Part shown: positions 38,463 through 47,730 of the stretch, piece by piece
How positions within the stretch are numbered: the stretch's first letter is position 1
Layout: every line of letters begins with the position of its first letter
Source: an uncultured Methanosarcinales archaeon
GTDB taxonomy: Archaea; Nanobdellota; Nanobdellia; Woesearchaeales; GW2011-AR15
Length of the DNA stretch: 54,411 bases
Assembly (NCBI GenBank): GCA_964537195.1
Contig: CAZHYZ010000003.1
Coordinates: 1,355-55,765, forward strand
Direction of reading: 5' to 3'
Notes under the pieces: model-generated
What the model saw: only the letters and a program-made list of their open reading frames with translations
The model's database searches: none
What the model was told of the DNA's origin: nothing
Position numbers and translations under genes: made by a program

Positions 38463-40273
38463 ATCTCTCCACCACAACTTTTACAATGTTTTGATCTTAG
38501 ATTATTAATCTCTCCACAATGAGGACATTTCTTTTTCATACCTAGTATCAGGATTAGTAGAATTACTATTACAATAACTGGCAGATACAGTATTACATTC
38601 TTTCCTATATCTTTAAGAACCTGACCTGTTACATAACCAAAACCGGTGAACCCATAAGAGAACTCTCCTTCAATTATTTTTACAAGGCTGCGTTCACGCT
38701 CTCCATAGTAAGCCCTAATTCTTATCTTTGGATTGCTGTCAATATCCTCATCAGCCATGTCAACAGTGACTTCTATGAATTTGGAATCTCCTGCTTCTAT
38801 AAAGATTACTTCGTCAGCTCCAAATGTTACAAGTTCATCATTTATCAACAAGTCAATAACTTCTAAATCTACAAATGCATCTACGTCTCCGATATTTCTA
38901 ATTTCTACAAGGAACTTGCCAGATCTTTTATCATAGAGGACCTTACCAAATTCAATTTCAGCCTCATCCAAAATATCAACAGTCTCAACTGTTACTGTTT
39001 TTCTAAGCTGATACTCTAATGAACGTGGAGATTCCCCAAAGATTGTAAATACTTCAGCAGTAATGTCTCCTTGCATCTCATCCAGAGGATCACCATTTGC
39101 TTTTTCTCTATATATAATTGTTTTGAATTCTGATTTATCAATAAATATAGCATTTTCATCTCCAACAAGCTGGGTACCATCTTCAAATCTAAGGGTAATA
39201 GTTCCTTTAAGATAAGCAGACAGATCCACCAGATTTTGATATGTAACTTCAATCTGATTAGCAAGTCTGTTGTATCTTACTGTAAAAATATCAAGATTCA
39301 GTATGTAACGGGGTAAATAAAAACGATCTAAGTCTTCAACTGGAGAAATTGCTGTTGTTGGAGCTCTTGCTGATTGGGCAAATTTAACAAAAACACTAAT
39401 ACCAAGTTCCCTTCTAATAAATGTTGCTGAGCCTATCAATTCATTTCCGATTAATATACCTATGTCAATATCACTTTTTTGAATATACTCTCTAACTTGT
39501 TCCGGTACATTGGCTCTTCCAATAAACACAACAGGTTCAACTCCAGACATTATTTCTTGTTCAATAAATTCACCGTTTGTTAATATTGCCTGTCTCTTTG
39601 GCTCTCCATTTATCTGAGAATGAAATTCTTGATACCTATCAACTATTTCTTGGTTGTTAAGAAAGCGGTCCCCTTCATTAATTATGTCTGGATTGTATTC
39701 TTCTAATCTTTCTTTAACAGATCTGTCAACCTGACCATATACTATGATTGAGTTAACATTTCTTGATTGCAGAAAGTTATACACTTGGTTAATGTTTCTC
39801 TGGTTAGTAAACAAAACATAAGATTTTGAAATAGTAGCATATGGAGCAACAGAGATAGCATTATATCCATAGGAATCATCTAAAATAATAAAATCCTCAA
39901 CCGTTTCAGGAAGTCTTCTTGCCATTTCAAGATTCACATTATTAACTCGAATCTCATCAACCTCATTAAATCCTCTGGATTGAAGAACTGACTCATAACC
40001 GATTACATATGGATTTTCTGATGAAGAAACAATAAGGTAATTATTTTGTGTATTAAGCTGATTAATCAAAAGTGTTGAATGTCTTGTGGAGACAAGAAAA
40101 ACACCTCCTCTACCAATTAGGTTTGCATAAGATAAAACAGAGTAAACATCCTGCCAATCCGCAGAGTTGGAAATATAAGTGTTAGGTTCTTGAGCTAATG
40201 AAAAAGATACAAATAGAAAAAACATTACCAGTATGCTGAATCCTAATCTTTTTTTACCCACTTCTTGCCCCAT
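38459..40273 (-). CDS. Membrane-anchored protein with cell-wall-binding-repeat-2-like region and cytoplasmic zinc ribbon
   Basis: Signal peptide, YNAISVAPYA...VLFT and GDRFLNN motifs reminiscent of CWB2, C-terminal TM, then KKCPHCG...CKSCG. Confidence 0.72.
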   Translation of the reverse strand: MGQEVGKKRLGFSILVMFFLFVSFSLAQEPNTYISNSADWQDVYSVLSYANLIGRGGVFLVSTRHSTLLINQLNTQNNYLIVSSSENPYVIGYESVLQSRGFNEVDEIRVNNVNLEMARRLPETVEDFIILDDSYGYNAISVAPYATISKSYVLFTNQRNINQVYNFLQSRNVNSIIVYGQVDRSVKERLEEYNPDIINEGDRFLNNQEIVDRYQEFHSQINGEPKRQAILTNGEFIEQEIMSGVEPVVFIGRANVPEQVREYIQKSDIDIGILIGNELIGSATFIRRELGISVFVKFAQSARAPTTAISPVEDLDRFYLPRYILNLDIFTVRYNRLANQIEVTYQNLVDLSAYLKGTITLRFEDGTQLVGDENAIFIDKSEFKTIIYREKANGDPLDEMQGDITAEVFTIFGESPRSLEYQLRKTVTVETVDILDEAEIEFGKVLYDKRSGKFLVEIRNIGDVDAFVDLEVIDLLINDELVTFGADEVIFIEAGDSKFIEVTVDMADEDIDSNPKIRIRAYYGERERSLVKIIEGEFSYGFTGFGYVTGQVLKDIGKNVILYLPVIVIVILLILILGMKKKCPHCGEINNLRSKHCKSCGGEI

Positions 40274-40308
40274 TCTCTAAATTGAAATTTTTTATATAAA
40301 TCTTTCTC

Positions 40309-40611
40309 TTATTCTTTGCAATAACAAGTACAATTATTACAGCCTTCAAACTTCTGTTCAAACTTTATATCATGATATTTCTCATCCAGAGACAAACAAT
40401 AAGCATTACAGGCATTTGCACATGAATCAACATCATCTATAGGGTGTGATACGGTACCTCCAATAGGAGAACATTCATCAATGATTTCATAACTTTTAAT
40501 TTCTGGTCTAGTAATAAAAAACCCATATGCTGAGAGAAAGAGAACAAGAACAGCAATCAACATTAGTTGAGTTCTTTTTCTTTTCTTAATTATTTTTTTA
40601 TAGTTAGACAT
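40309..40611 (-). CDS. Small membrane-anchored Cys-rich protein
   Basis: Basic N-terminus, one TM, then eight Cys (C...CANACNAYC...CNNCTCYC). Confidence 0.72.
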   Translation of the reverse strand: MSNYKKIIKKRKRTQLMLIAVLVLFLSAYGFFITRPEIKSYEIIDECSPIGGTVSHPIDDVDSCANACNAYCLSLDEKYHDIKFEQKFEGCNNCTCYCKE

Positions 40612-40644
40612 CTATTTTAACTAAAGTGTGATAATATAAAAATA

Positions 40645-41043
40645 TTATGATTCCTCTTTTTCTTCCTTTTTACTGTGTTTCTCTTTCCATCTTTCAATGG
40701 GTTTCATTATTCTTTTTTTAATCATTTCAATTCTGTGCTTCTGAAAATGTTTGCGTAAGCCTTTTTGTATGTTTCTTTCTGATTTAAGTTTATAATCTTT
40801 GTGTAACTTTTTCATATCAATAAGAAATCTTTTCTTTAATTGTTCATGGATAGTTAGTCTGTCTTTCTCAATTTCTTCTGCTATCTGTTTCTTTTTTTCT
40901 TTATCTTCTCCTTTTTTAGTTTGAAGTTTGGTGTTAGCTTTTTTAATTAATTTGTCTTCTTCTTGTTTAAGCTTTTTCTTATATTGTTCTGTCAATCTTT
41001 CTTTTTCTTGCTCATACCACTCATCAATATCTTCCTGGTCCAT
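40645..41043 (-). CDS. Hypothetical charged coiled-coil protein
   Basis: 132-aa K/E-rich helical ORF with a TATA-like element upstream. Confidence 0.65.
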   Translation of the reverse strand: MDQEDIDEWYEQEKERLTEQYKKKLKQEEDKLIKKANTKLQTKKGEDKEKKKQIAEEIEKDRLTIHEQLKKRFLIDMKKLHKDYKLKSERNIQKGLRKHFQKHRIEMIKKRIMKPIERWKEKHSKKEEKEES

Positions 41044-41075
41044 AATGAAAAATAGAGAAATAAGAGTTTATAAAA

Positions 41076-41564
41076 TTATTCAAGGATTGAAAATCTTTTC
41101 ACTATTTTTGTGCTTTTCCACCATTTACCAAATCCAAAAAAATCTCCCGAACTATTTTTTCGTAAAACCAACAACACAATAAGATAAATTATATGTTCAT
41201 CCAAAAAGGGGTGATTCTGTGGAGGTAAATGAGCCAGCCACATAAGTAACATCATAAATGCTCCAAAAATTGTTCCTATATTCATACATATACCAAGTAA
41301 TAAAGTTAATCCAATACCAAGAAGACCAAACATAAACAACCAATCAACAAAAACATTCTCTGCTAAAGCTTGGAAAATATTAGAAAAAGGCCCCGCTGTC
41401 CCATATTTTAGGAAGCCTTCTGTTGGTGAATTTCCTAGACTCCATGCTTTGTTTGAAACAGTAGGAAAACCAAAGCCGAATAACTTATCAAAAAAAGCCC
41501 AAAGAAAGATTAATCCTAATGCTATCCTTATTAATGCCAACAAATACTCTTTATCAAACTTCAT
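41076..41564 (-). CDS. DoxX family membrane protein
   Basis: LIRIALGLIFLWAFFDKLFG...SPTEGFL...GLLGIGLTLLLG...HPFLDEHIIY. Confidence 0.85.
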   Translation of the reverse strand: MKFDKEYLLALIRIALGLIFLWAFFDKLFGFGFPTVSNKAWSLGNSPTEGFLKYGTAGPFSNIFQALAENVFVDWLFMFGLLGIGLTLLLGICMNIGTIFGAFMMLLMWLAHLPPQNHPFLDEHIIYLIVLLVLRKNSSGDFFGFGKWWKSTKIVKRFSILE

Positions 41565-41602
41565 TGATTAACAACTCTGGAGAAAATATAAAAATCTTGC
41601 CT

Positions 41603-42706
41603 TTAATTCTTCTTAAATTCCTTAATATTAATATCTTGAGTTGGATATGGGAATTCAATCTTGTTCTTTTTGAATGCTTTATAGATATCCTTTACCAAGA
41701 AATGAGTATATCTGCCTCTGTATACAGGTTCTTTTATCCAGAATAGAATCTGTAAGCTAACACTAGAATCTTTATATTCCCTAAACCTAACTCTTGTTTG
41801 GGGTTCAGTTAATACATATTCTGCTTTTTTTGCTACATCCAAAAGAACTTTTTCCACTTTTTCAAGATCAGCATCATATGCAACCTCAATATCTAATCTG
41901 ACACGCATCTTAGGATCATGTCCGGTCTCATTTATTATTTTAGAATTTGCCAAAACAGAGTTTGGTATTGTAACAAGAATATTGTCTCTTGTCTTGATTT
42001 TTGTAGACCTAAGACTAATATCCACTACTTCTCCCCTATCTTTATCTTCTATAATAATGTAATCACCTATCTTGTATGTTTTATCTAAGTAAAGGGCAAT
42101 GCCTCCAAAAATATTTGCCACACTATCTTTGGCTGCAAATCCAAGAGCTACTCCTAAAATACCTGCAGAAGCCAACAAAGGTGCAAGATTAATGTTCCAG
42201 ATACCAAAAAAGATGAATAAATAGATTATTGCTAATATAATCTTTCCACTAATCTCAAAAAAAGGATATACCTTTTCATCAAACAAGTTTAATTTTTTTC
42301 CTGGAATAGAACTTTTGGCTGCCTCAAGAAGGATCATAACAATATTATAGACTAAAATAAATATTATAAGTGTAAAGATTGTGTAAAAAATTCTATTATA
42401 TGCTAGTCCAACATATAAATCCAAATCAAGAATCTTACCAACAATAAAAAAACCACTAATAATAACTAGAGCAATTGAAGGCATTTCTGATTTTTTTATT
42501 AATTTATCGTCAACTTCTGTTTTAGTTCCTTTTACAATATTTCTCAAGACAGTCTTAAAGATTAACCAGACTAGATATGCAATAAGAACAGAAATAAGTA
42601 ATACAATAGATGCTTTCAAAATTGGATTCTCAACAGGAATATAATTATAGTAAGATTCAATATTATCAAAAACAATTGATAAGTCATTAGATATGTTGGT
42701 TGCCAT
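41603..42706 (-). CDS. mscS: Small-conductance mechanosensitive channel (MscS family)
   Basis: LLASAGILGVALGFAAKDSVANIFGG...YKIGDYI...GEVVDISLRSTKI...IPNS...IEFPYP. Confidence 0.93.
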   Translation of the reverse strand: MATNISNDLSIVFDNIESYYNYIPVENPILKASIVLLISVLIAYLVWLIFKTVLRNIVKGTKTEVDDKLIKKSEMPSIALVIISGFFIVGKILDLDLYVGLAYNRIFYTIFTLIIFILVYNIVMILLEAAKSSIPGKKLNLFDEKVYPFFEISGKIILAIIYLFIFFGIWNINLAPLLASAGILGVALGFAAKDSVANIFGGIALYLDKTYKIGDYIIIEDKDRGEVVDISLRSTKIKTRDNILVTIPNSVLANSKIINETGHDPKMRVRLDIEVAYDADLEKVEKVLLDVAKKAEYVLTEPQTRVRFREYKDSSVSLQILFWIKEPVYRGRYTHFLVKDIYKAFKKNKIEFPYPTQDINIKEFKKN

Positions 42707-42709
42707 TTT

Positions 42710-43216
42710 CTAAGTGAATAAAACACCTATTATAATGTGTGTAATCTGATCTTTATTAATTATCTCTCCTTCTTTTAAAGAATCTCCTTGAACAAAGACA
42801 CTATTTCCATAATCAGCCCTAACTCTATGAATAATTGCTGTTCCGTCATCTCTTATAAAACGCACAATTTGTCCCTCTTCTAATGATTGTCCAGAATATG
42901 TCTTCTCTATAACTATATTACCATCATAAATGGTTGGCTGCATTGATGGACCATTAAAAGTTCCAAAGTTATCAGCTGAATCTACGAAAAAACCCTGACT
43001 GGTCAGTTGGTATTTCAAAATTTGGTGTGAGCCCTGTACAAAGTTAAAGTTTTGATTATGTCTTATCTCTGATAAAGTCTTATTAATAGACACATATCTC
43101 TTATTTAGTTGGACAAAATTCATACCAAAAATAACATTGATTATTATAGTTGCAATTAACACCAAGATAAAAATAAGGTTAAATGTAAATTGGTTTTTAT
43201 CATATATCATAAACAT
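42710..43216 (-). CDS. S26-type signal peptidase (Ser/His dyad; Sec11/SipW-like)
   Basis: N-terminal TM, GPSMQPTIYDG (catalytic Ser), GQIVRF, IIHRV (His) and VQGD. Confidence 0.78.
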   Translation of the reverse strand: MFMIYDKNQFTFNLIFILVLIATIIINVIFGMNFVQLNKRYVSINKTLSEIRHNQNFNFVQGSHQILKYQLTSQGFFVDSADNFGTFNGPSMQPTIYDGNIVIEKTYSGQSLEEGQIVRFIRDDGTAIIHRVRADYGNSVFVQGDSLKEGEIINKDQITHIIIGVLFT

Positions 43217-43245
43217 TAAAGAAAGAAGGAGGTATTTAATTTTTT

Positions 43246-43965
43246 CTACTGCAATTCAAGATAAAAGTAATAATCTGTTGCAGGTAAGCTACCAACTCCT
43301 CTCTCAGCTACAATCATCTGGAAGTCATAATCATTATAATTAAAACCTTGTGTATTGTCATCTATAAAAGTTGTATAAACTAGATTAGTTCCGTCATGCA
43401 ACAATACTTCCTGGAAAGGTGCATCTATAGCGGGTGTCTGCTGTGTGTCATTAACCCATGTAAAAGTTGAAGGACATGTGCTCTGATCTATTTTTCTGGA
43501 CCCGACATAAAACTCTCTATGTGTGTTTAGTGAGAAAGTATTAGAGATACTGTCTTCACTACTTGAAGTATGGTTCATTGCTGTTTCCTCATTTGAGATA
43601 TCTGTTCCATCTGCACACACTATATCTCCCCAAGAAATAGAATCATTTCTTGTAGCATAGACTTCTCCTGTAAATGTGCCCAGCTGCCATTGATAAATAC
43701 TATAATCAGATGCATCATCTAAAACTAATGTTCCTGAAACATTACCAGCATAAGCCTTCCATTTCAAGTTTTGAGTTTCTGAGCTTAATATTATTGTTGT
43801 AAATGTTCCTCCTGATGTGTTTAAGTATTCTGCTGCTTGTGGAGTTTTTGTCTCTGATTCATTAGTCAAGATATCTGCACCAGATGGCTGTCCAAGGGAA
43901 TACTGCATAATAGCTATAAGCAGGAAGAGGAATACAAGCTTTGGAATGAGTTGTTTATTTCTCAT
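43246..43965 (-). CDS. Secreted family-A protein, subtype A2-like
   Basis: Signal peptide, QPSGA, KWKAYAGNVSGTLVLDDASDYSIYQW...FQEVLL...YDFQMIVAE...YYFYLELQ. Confidence 0.86.
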   Translation of the reverse strand: MRNKQLIPKLVFLFLLIAIMQYSLGQPSGADILTNESETKTPQAAEYLNTSGGTFTTIILSSETQNLKWKAYAGNVSGTLVLDDASDYSIYQWQLGTFTGEVYATRNDSISWGDIVCADGTDISNEETAMNHTSSSEDSISNTFSLNTHREFYVGSRKIDQSTCPSTFTWVNDTQQTPAIDAPFQEVLLHDGTNLVYTTFIDDNTQGFNYNDYDFQMIVAERGVGSLPATDYYFYLELQ

Positions 43966-44455
43966 CTTTGGCTTTTCCCCTCCTGTATGTTGTATAAATT
44001 GTCTGGTATTCTTTTCTTAATGTGGTAGAAATCTCCTTGTATGAGAAACCTAGTTCATCTTTTAGATAGATAACTAGATTTTCTAGTGTACTTTTTTCTC
44101 TGTTTGAGAAAATAGAAACAGGAATAAAAATCTGGCCCTTTATTAACAGAGGTCCTTTGTATTTTTTTAAACTGTTATTATAGGATGACCAGATGGTCCT
44201 ATCATCCCTATTTAATAATTTGGCAATTTCACTGTACTTTCTATCTTGGTTTTCTTTGAGATACTTGACAACAATCTCAAGAGTGCTTAATCTATCATTG
44301 GAGAAAGAGACTAGGGGTATTTTATTATCTCTTGGTTTTTCTTCCAAGATAGAGAGAAGTTGGTCCGGTTCTACGTTATATTGGTCTTCGAAATGCTCTA
44401 GAAGTAGTTTCAATGCTTCTACAGATTTATCTTTCTTCAGCGCCGCTATATCCAA
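43955..44455 (-). CDS. Tandem-HTH DNA-binding protein (sigma-70 region-4-like repeats)
   Basis: Two copies of IPxxxFSN..STLExxVxYLKx...xYxEIxxxLxR/KxxxTIxxxY. TTG start after GGAGG. Confidence 0.75.
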   Translation of the reverse strand: MDIAALKKDKSVEALKLLLEHFEDQYNVEPDQLLSILEEKPRDNKIPLVSFSNDRLSTLEIVVKYLKENQDRKYSEIAKLLNRDDRTIWSSYNNSLKKYKGPLLIKGQIFIPVSIFSNREKSTLENLVIYLKDELGFSYKEISTTLRKEYQTIYTTYRRGKAKDEK

Positions 44456-44630
44456 ACTTGCCCCTCCAATTATTAAGTAAAGTAAGTATCTTATACTTAA
44501 TATTTAAGAACTTATTTATATATCTTTTTATTTATTAAGTAATATATACTGTTTATGTAATAATTTTTACTTATTATGTAAGAAAATAAATTAATATAAA
44601 TCTATTAATAAAATATCAAAGAAAAAATAA

Positions 44631-45566
44631 TCAATTTCCTCTATCTGTAGCACTGAACAAAATCTTACCATTACATACACCACCAGCACCTACTGGAATT
44701 TGTACCTGCCAGTATGTTGGCGATATAGAATCCTGAGATTCTGAGGTTCTCTGAGGCACATAGAAATCAGGTATCATAGAAGTAGCACCTGTCAATTGAT
44801 ACATGTCTGGGTATCCACTTCCTCCTGTTGTGTTATATCTTTCATAACTCAAATCAATATGTCCGAAATCACAAACAAAAGCATATCCATCTCCTGGTGT
44901 GTCACCCCAACCTTCTACAGATATGTTCGCATCTCTGTTACCTGCATTTGTTACGTTTGCTGTTCTATCTGGTGAAGTCTCACCCACTTCTAAGTCACCA
45001 TAATCAAGCAGAGGATCCATTTTAATAGCTACAAGAGGATTGATAATAGCATAATTGGATATATTATTAGTTGGTACTAATCCTCCATCATCAACAGTTG
45101 CGTTGCAGATCCAGTCACTTGAATTGTCTGCATAGTATTGTACCTCAAAAGCACAGATATAATCCATATTTTCATCCTGAGGAGTAATTGGAGAACAACT
45201 TGTATTACTATAATGGTTGTTTCCATCGTCATTATCATCAGGTCCTACCACACCTTCTAAGAACAGAGTAGCATTTACAACTAAGGTGTCGTTATCATAA
45301 TCATACACACTTACATTACAAAATACTGTTGTAGTGTTATAAGACAGTAAATTAACAGGAGTATCAAGTGAAATAGCTGTAATAAGTGGGGCAGCATTTG
45401 TAATATTTACAGTAGTATTAACAATATATGTTTCATTATATGCCTGGCTTGCACTGAAATTAGGACCTACTAACAAGAAAGTCCATAGTCCAAGCATTAT
45501 TAGGAGGAATAGCAGAGCTAGACCAATATTGTCTGAGTTCCACATCCTTTTTATTATGTGTTTCAT
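44631..45566 (-). CDS. Family-B secreted or membrane-tethered protein
   Basis: Paralog of 29396-30298: NTTVNITNAAP, LDYGDL, NVTNAGNRDANISVEGWG, VPQRTSESQDSI, GAGGVCNGKILFSATDRGN. Confidence 0.87.
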   Translation of the reverse strand: MKHIIKRMWNSDNIGLALLFLLIMLGLWTFLLVGPNFSASQAYNETYIVNTTVNITNAAPLITAISLDTPVNLLSYNTTTVFCNVSVYDYDNDTLVVNATLFLEGVVGPDDNDDGNNHYSNTSCSPITPQDENMDYICAFEVQYYADNSSDWICNATVDDGGLVPTNNISNYAIINPLVAIKMDPLLDYGDLEVGETSPDRTANVTNAGNRDANISVEGWGDTPGDGYAFVCDFGHIDLSYERYNTTGGSGYPDMYQLTGATSMIPDFYVPQRTSESQDSISPTYWQVQIPVGAGGVCNGKILFSATDRGN

Positions 45567-45569
45567 CTT

Positions 45570-46346
45570 TTATCCTGATATCTCCACGTAAAAGTAATAT
45601 GTTGACACTCCTGCTCCATCTATGTCTGGAATAATTGCCTGGAAATCATAGGTTATATTAGTGGTGGCACCATCATCTCTATAGCTGCTTGTGTCCTGAT
45701 CTATTAAAGATGCATAAACAATTCTCTCGCTTGTATCCATAAGTAAGACTTCCTGGAAAAGAGCATCTTCTGCCATTGTCTGTGCTGTATTATTAACCCA
45801 GGTAGCCATTGATTTACAGGTACTACTTGAGATTGTGTTTTCTCCAACATCAAATTGCTCATGAAGATTACTTGAAAATGTATTATTTATGTTATCTGCT
45901 GCTGCAGCAGCATGTCCAAGGGAATTCTGTTCTTGTGTGATCTCAGTATCATTAGCACATTGTATTGTAGACCAATCTATTGTGCTATTCCTTGTTATGT
46001 AAACTTCACCATCTGGAGCTCCACCTGATGGCCATTCATAAATACTATAGTCATCTGCGTCTCTCAAAACTAACGTACCAGAGACATTTCCAACATAGGC
46101 TTTCCATTTTATGTTCTGCTGGATTGTCTCCAGAGTTAGGACATGGATATAACCTTTGTCATCTGTTCTGTTTGCGGGTGAAGATGCACTCTTAGTACTA
46201 TTTGATTTGTAGTCTAAGCTTGCTCCTTCTGGTTCAGCTCTTACCATGGTATATACCGTTAATGAAGACACATAAAGAACTAACAGAAGTATCAATACTG
46301 CATATCCTTTTCTTCTGTTTTCCATTTTTTTGTCCTCGTTTATCAT
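45570..46346 (-). CDS. Secreted family-A protein, subtype A2
   Basis: EPEGASLDYKSNSTK...KGYIH...KWKAYVGNVSG...YDFQAIIP...YYFYVEISG. Closest to 3530-4285. Alternative start at 46325. Confidence 0.86.
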   Translation of the reverse strand: MINEDKKMENRRKGYAVLILLLVLYVSSLTVYTMVRAEPEGASLDYKSNSTKSASSPANRTDDKGYIHVLTLETIQQNIKWKAYVGNVSGTLVLRDADDYSIYEWPSGGAPDGEVYITRNSTIDWSTIQCANDTEITQEQNSLGHAAAAADNINNTFSSNLHEQFDVGENTISSSTCKSMATWVNNTAQTMAEDALFQEVLLMDTSERIVYASLIDQDTSSYRDDGATTNITYDFQAIIPDIDGAGVSTYYFYVEISG

Positions 46347-46359
46347 AATACATTGTTAT

Positions 46360-46383
46360 AGCAAGAAAGTTTCCTTTCCTGCT
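46360..46383 (-). terminator. GNRA-capped stem-loop between the A1 and A2 genes (terminator or mRNA stabiliser)
   Basis: AGCAGGAAAG-GAAA-CUUUCUUGCU forms a 10-bp stem 11 nt after the stop of 46395-47198. Confidence 0.5.
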
Positions 46384-46394
46384 GTATTGAACTT

Positions 46395-47198
46395 TTACTG
46401 TAGATCCAAGTAAAAGTAGTAGGTTGTTGTATCTTGGTTTCTCTCTCCCAGTAATCTACTTGTACCATCTTCTGCTACAAGCATCTGGAAGTCATGTGTC
46501 TGTGTATCATATCCTTCTGGATCTGTGTTATTCGCTGTATCATCATTCTCTATGATTGTTGTAAATATTAACTGTCCATTTACATCAGCCAACAACACTT
46601 CAACGAATTTATCTTCCTGGAAATTATCATTGACATGTGTATATGTGTTTGGACATGTCCCACCTGTAATTGTATATTCACCAACATCAAATGTAGGGTG
46701 GTTTGTCAGGTTGAAAGTCTCATCAATTCCATCTACGTCATTCCATACCATATCGTAGAAGTTTTCCCAATAACTGACATTTCCGAGACCTGCTCCATCA
46801 ACTCCACCTGTATAATTGAAACACCTAATTGTTGTCCAATCTGGTGTTGATGCGTTTACCGTAGCGTAAATTTCACCTTTTGGCTCTGGGTTTGGCCAAT
46901 CATACATTGTCCAGTTATCCGCATCATCCAAGATTATGACACCGGTGATTTCACCGTAATAACCTTGCCAATGCTTGGTCTGAGATCGACCAAAGAGCGT
47001 TAGCTCCGATATATTACCTGCATATGCCTCGTGAGTCCTTGCTTCATAATTACTTGCATTTACAGTACTTTCACTTTCTTCTGTAACTGTCTGAGCACCA
47101 AGTGGTACTTCTTCTGCTGTAACATAATATATTGTAATAGCAAAAATTGCTACCATTATAGCATAAGCTAAAATTTTAGATTCTACTTCTTTTTTCAT
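46395..47198 (-). CDS. Secreted family-A protein, subtype A1
   Basis: Signal peptide, PLGA, AYAGNISEL...WQGYYGEITG...YDW...GEIYA...FVEVLL...DFQMLVAE...YYFYLDLQ. Confidence 0.87.
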   Translation of the reverse strand: MKKEVESKILAYAIMVAIFAITIYYVTAEEVPLGAQTVTEESESTVNASNYEARTHEAYAGNISELTLFGRSQTKHWQGYYGEITGVIILDDADNWTMYDWPNPEPKGEIYATVNASTPDWTTIRCFNYTGGVDGAGLGNVSYWENFYDMVWNDVDGIDETFNLTNHPTFDVGEYTITGGTCPNTYTHVNDNFQEDKFVEVLLADVNGQLIFTTIIENDDTANNTDPEGYDTQTHDFQMLVAEDGTSRLLGERNQDTTTYYFYLDLQ

Positions 47199-47379
47199 AT
47201 TTTCTCACCTTTTTTTTCTTAGTAATAGAAATGACTTTCACTTTACGAACTAAAGTTTCAGAAGTATCACCAATAACTCTATAGAAATCTTCCTCATCAA
47301 AGAGGTATCCTTGCTTTACATTCACTTTTGTAGGGGTTTCACTATAAACTAGTTTAACCCACTCTCGGGGTTTTCCCAC
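47176..47379 (-). CDS. Small basic beta-rich protein (Sm/SH3-like barrel?)
   Basis: WVKLVY...VKQGYLFDEEDFYRVIG...TLVRKVKVISI. The GTG start at 47379 follows SD AAGGTGA (ORF open from 47433). Overlaps the A1 start. Confidence 0.6.
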   Translation of the reverse strand: MGKPREWVKLVYSETPTKVNVKQGYLFDEEDFYRVIGDTSETLVRKVKVISITKKKKVRKYEKRSRI

Positions 47380-47730
47380 TTCTTTCACCTTGCTCGCTTG
47401 ATTTTTGCTTAACTTGCTTACTAACTTGCACATTTACTATAATGAAATTCAAAATAGTATTTCAGTATAGTTTTTTATTAATTTTGTATTTTGGAATACA
47501 AAATCCTACTTTAACTGTATTAGTATAGGTTATTGTATACTAATTCCTATATAAATGTTTCTATTTGGAAAAAATCAGAATAATGAAATATAAATTTTAA
47601 AAAAAGAAAAAAAGAAAAATTAAATCTAAAATTCAAAAAAATAGTTTTTTTAACCCGCTAAAAAAAGAAAAAAGAGAATATAGTTCCCTATTTAGAAAAA
47701 ATAGTTATTATAAACAAGATATTAGAAAGA

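Noticed and set aside
3530..47198. Families A/B as type IV pilins or archaellins
   Set aside because: No class III signal peptide pattern (K/R-G/A followed by a hydrophobic mature N-terminus), and no assembly ATPase or TadC-like gene in the window.
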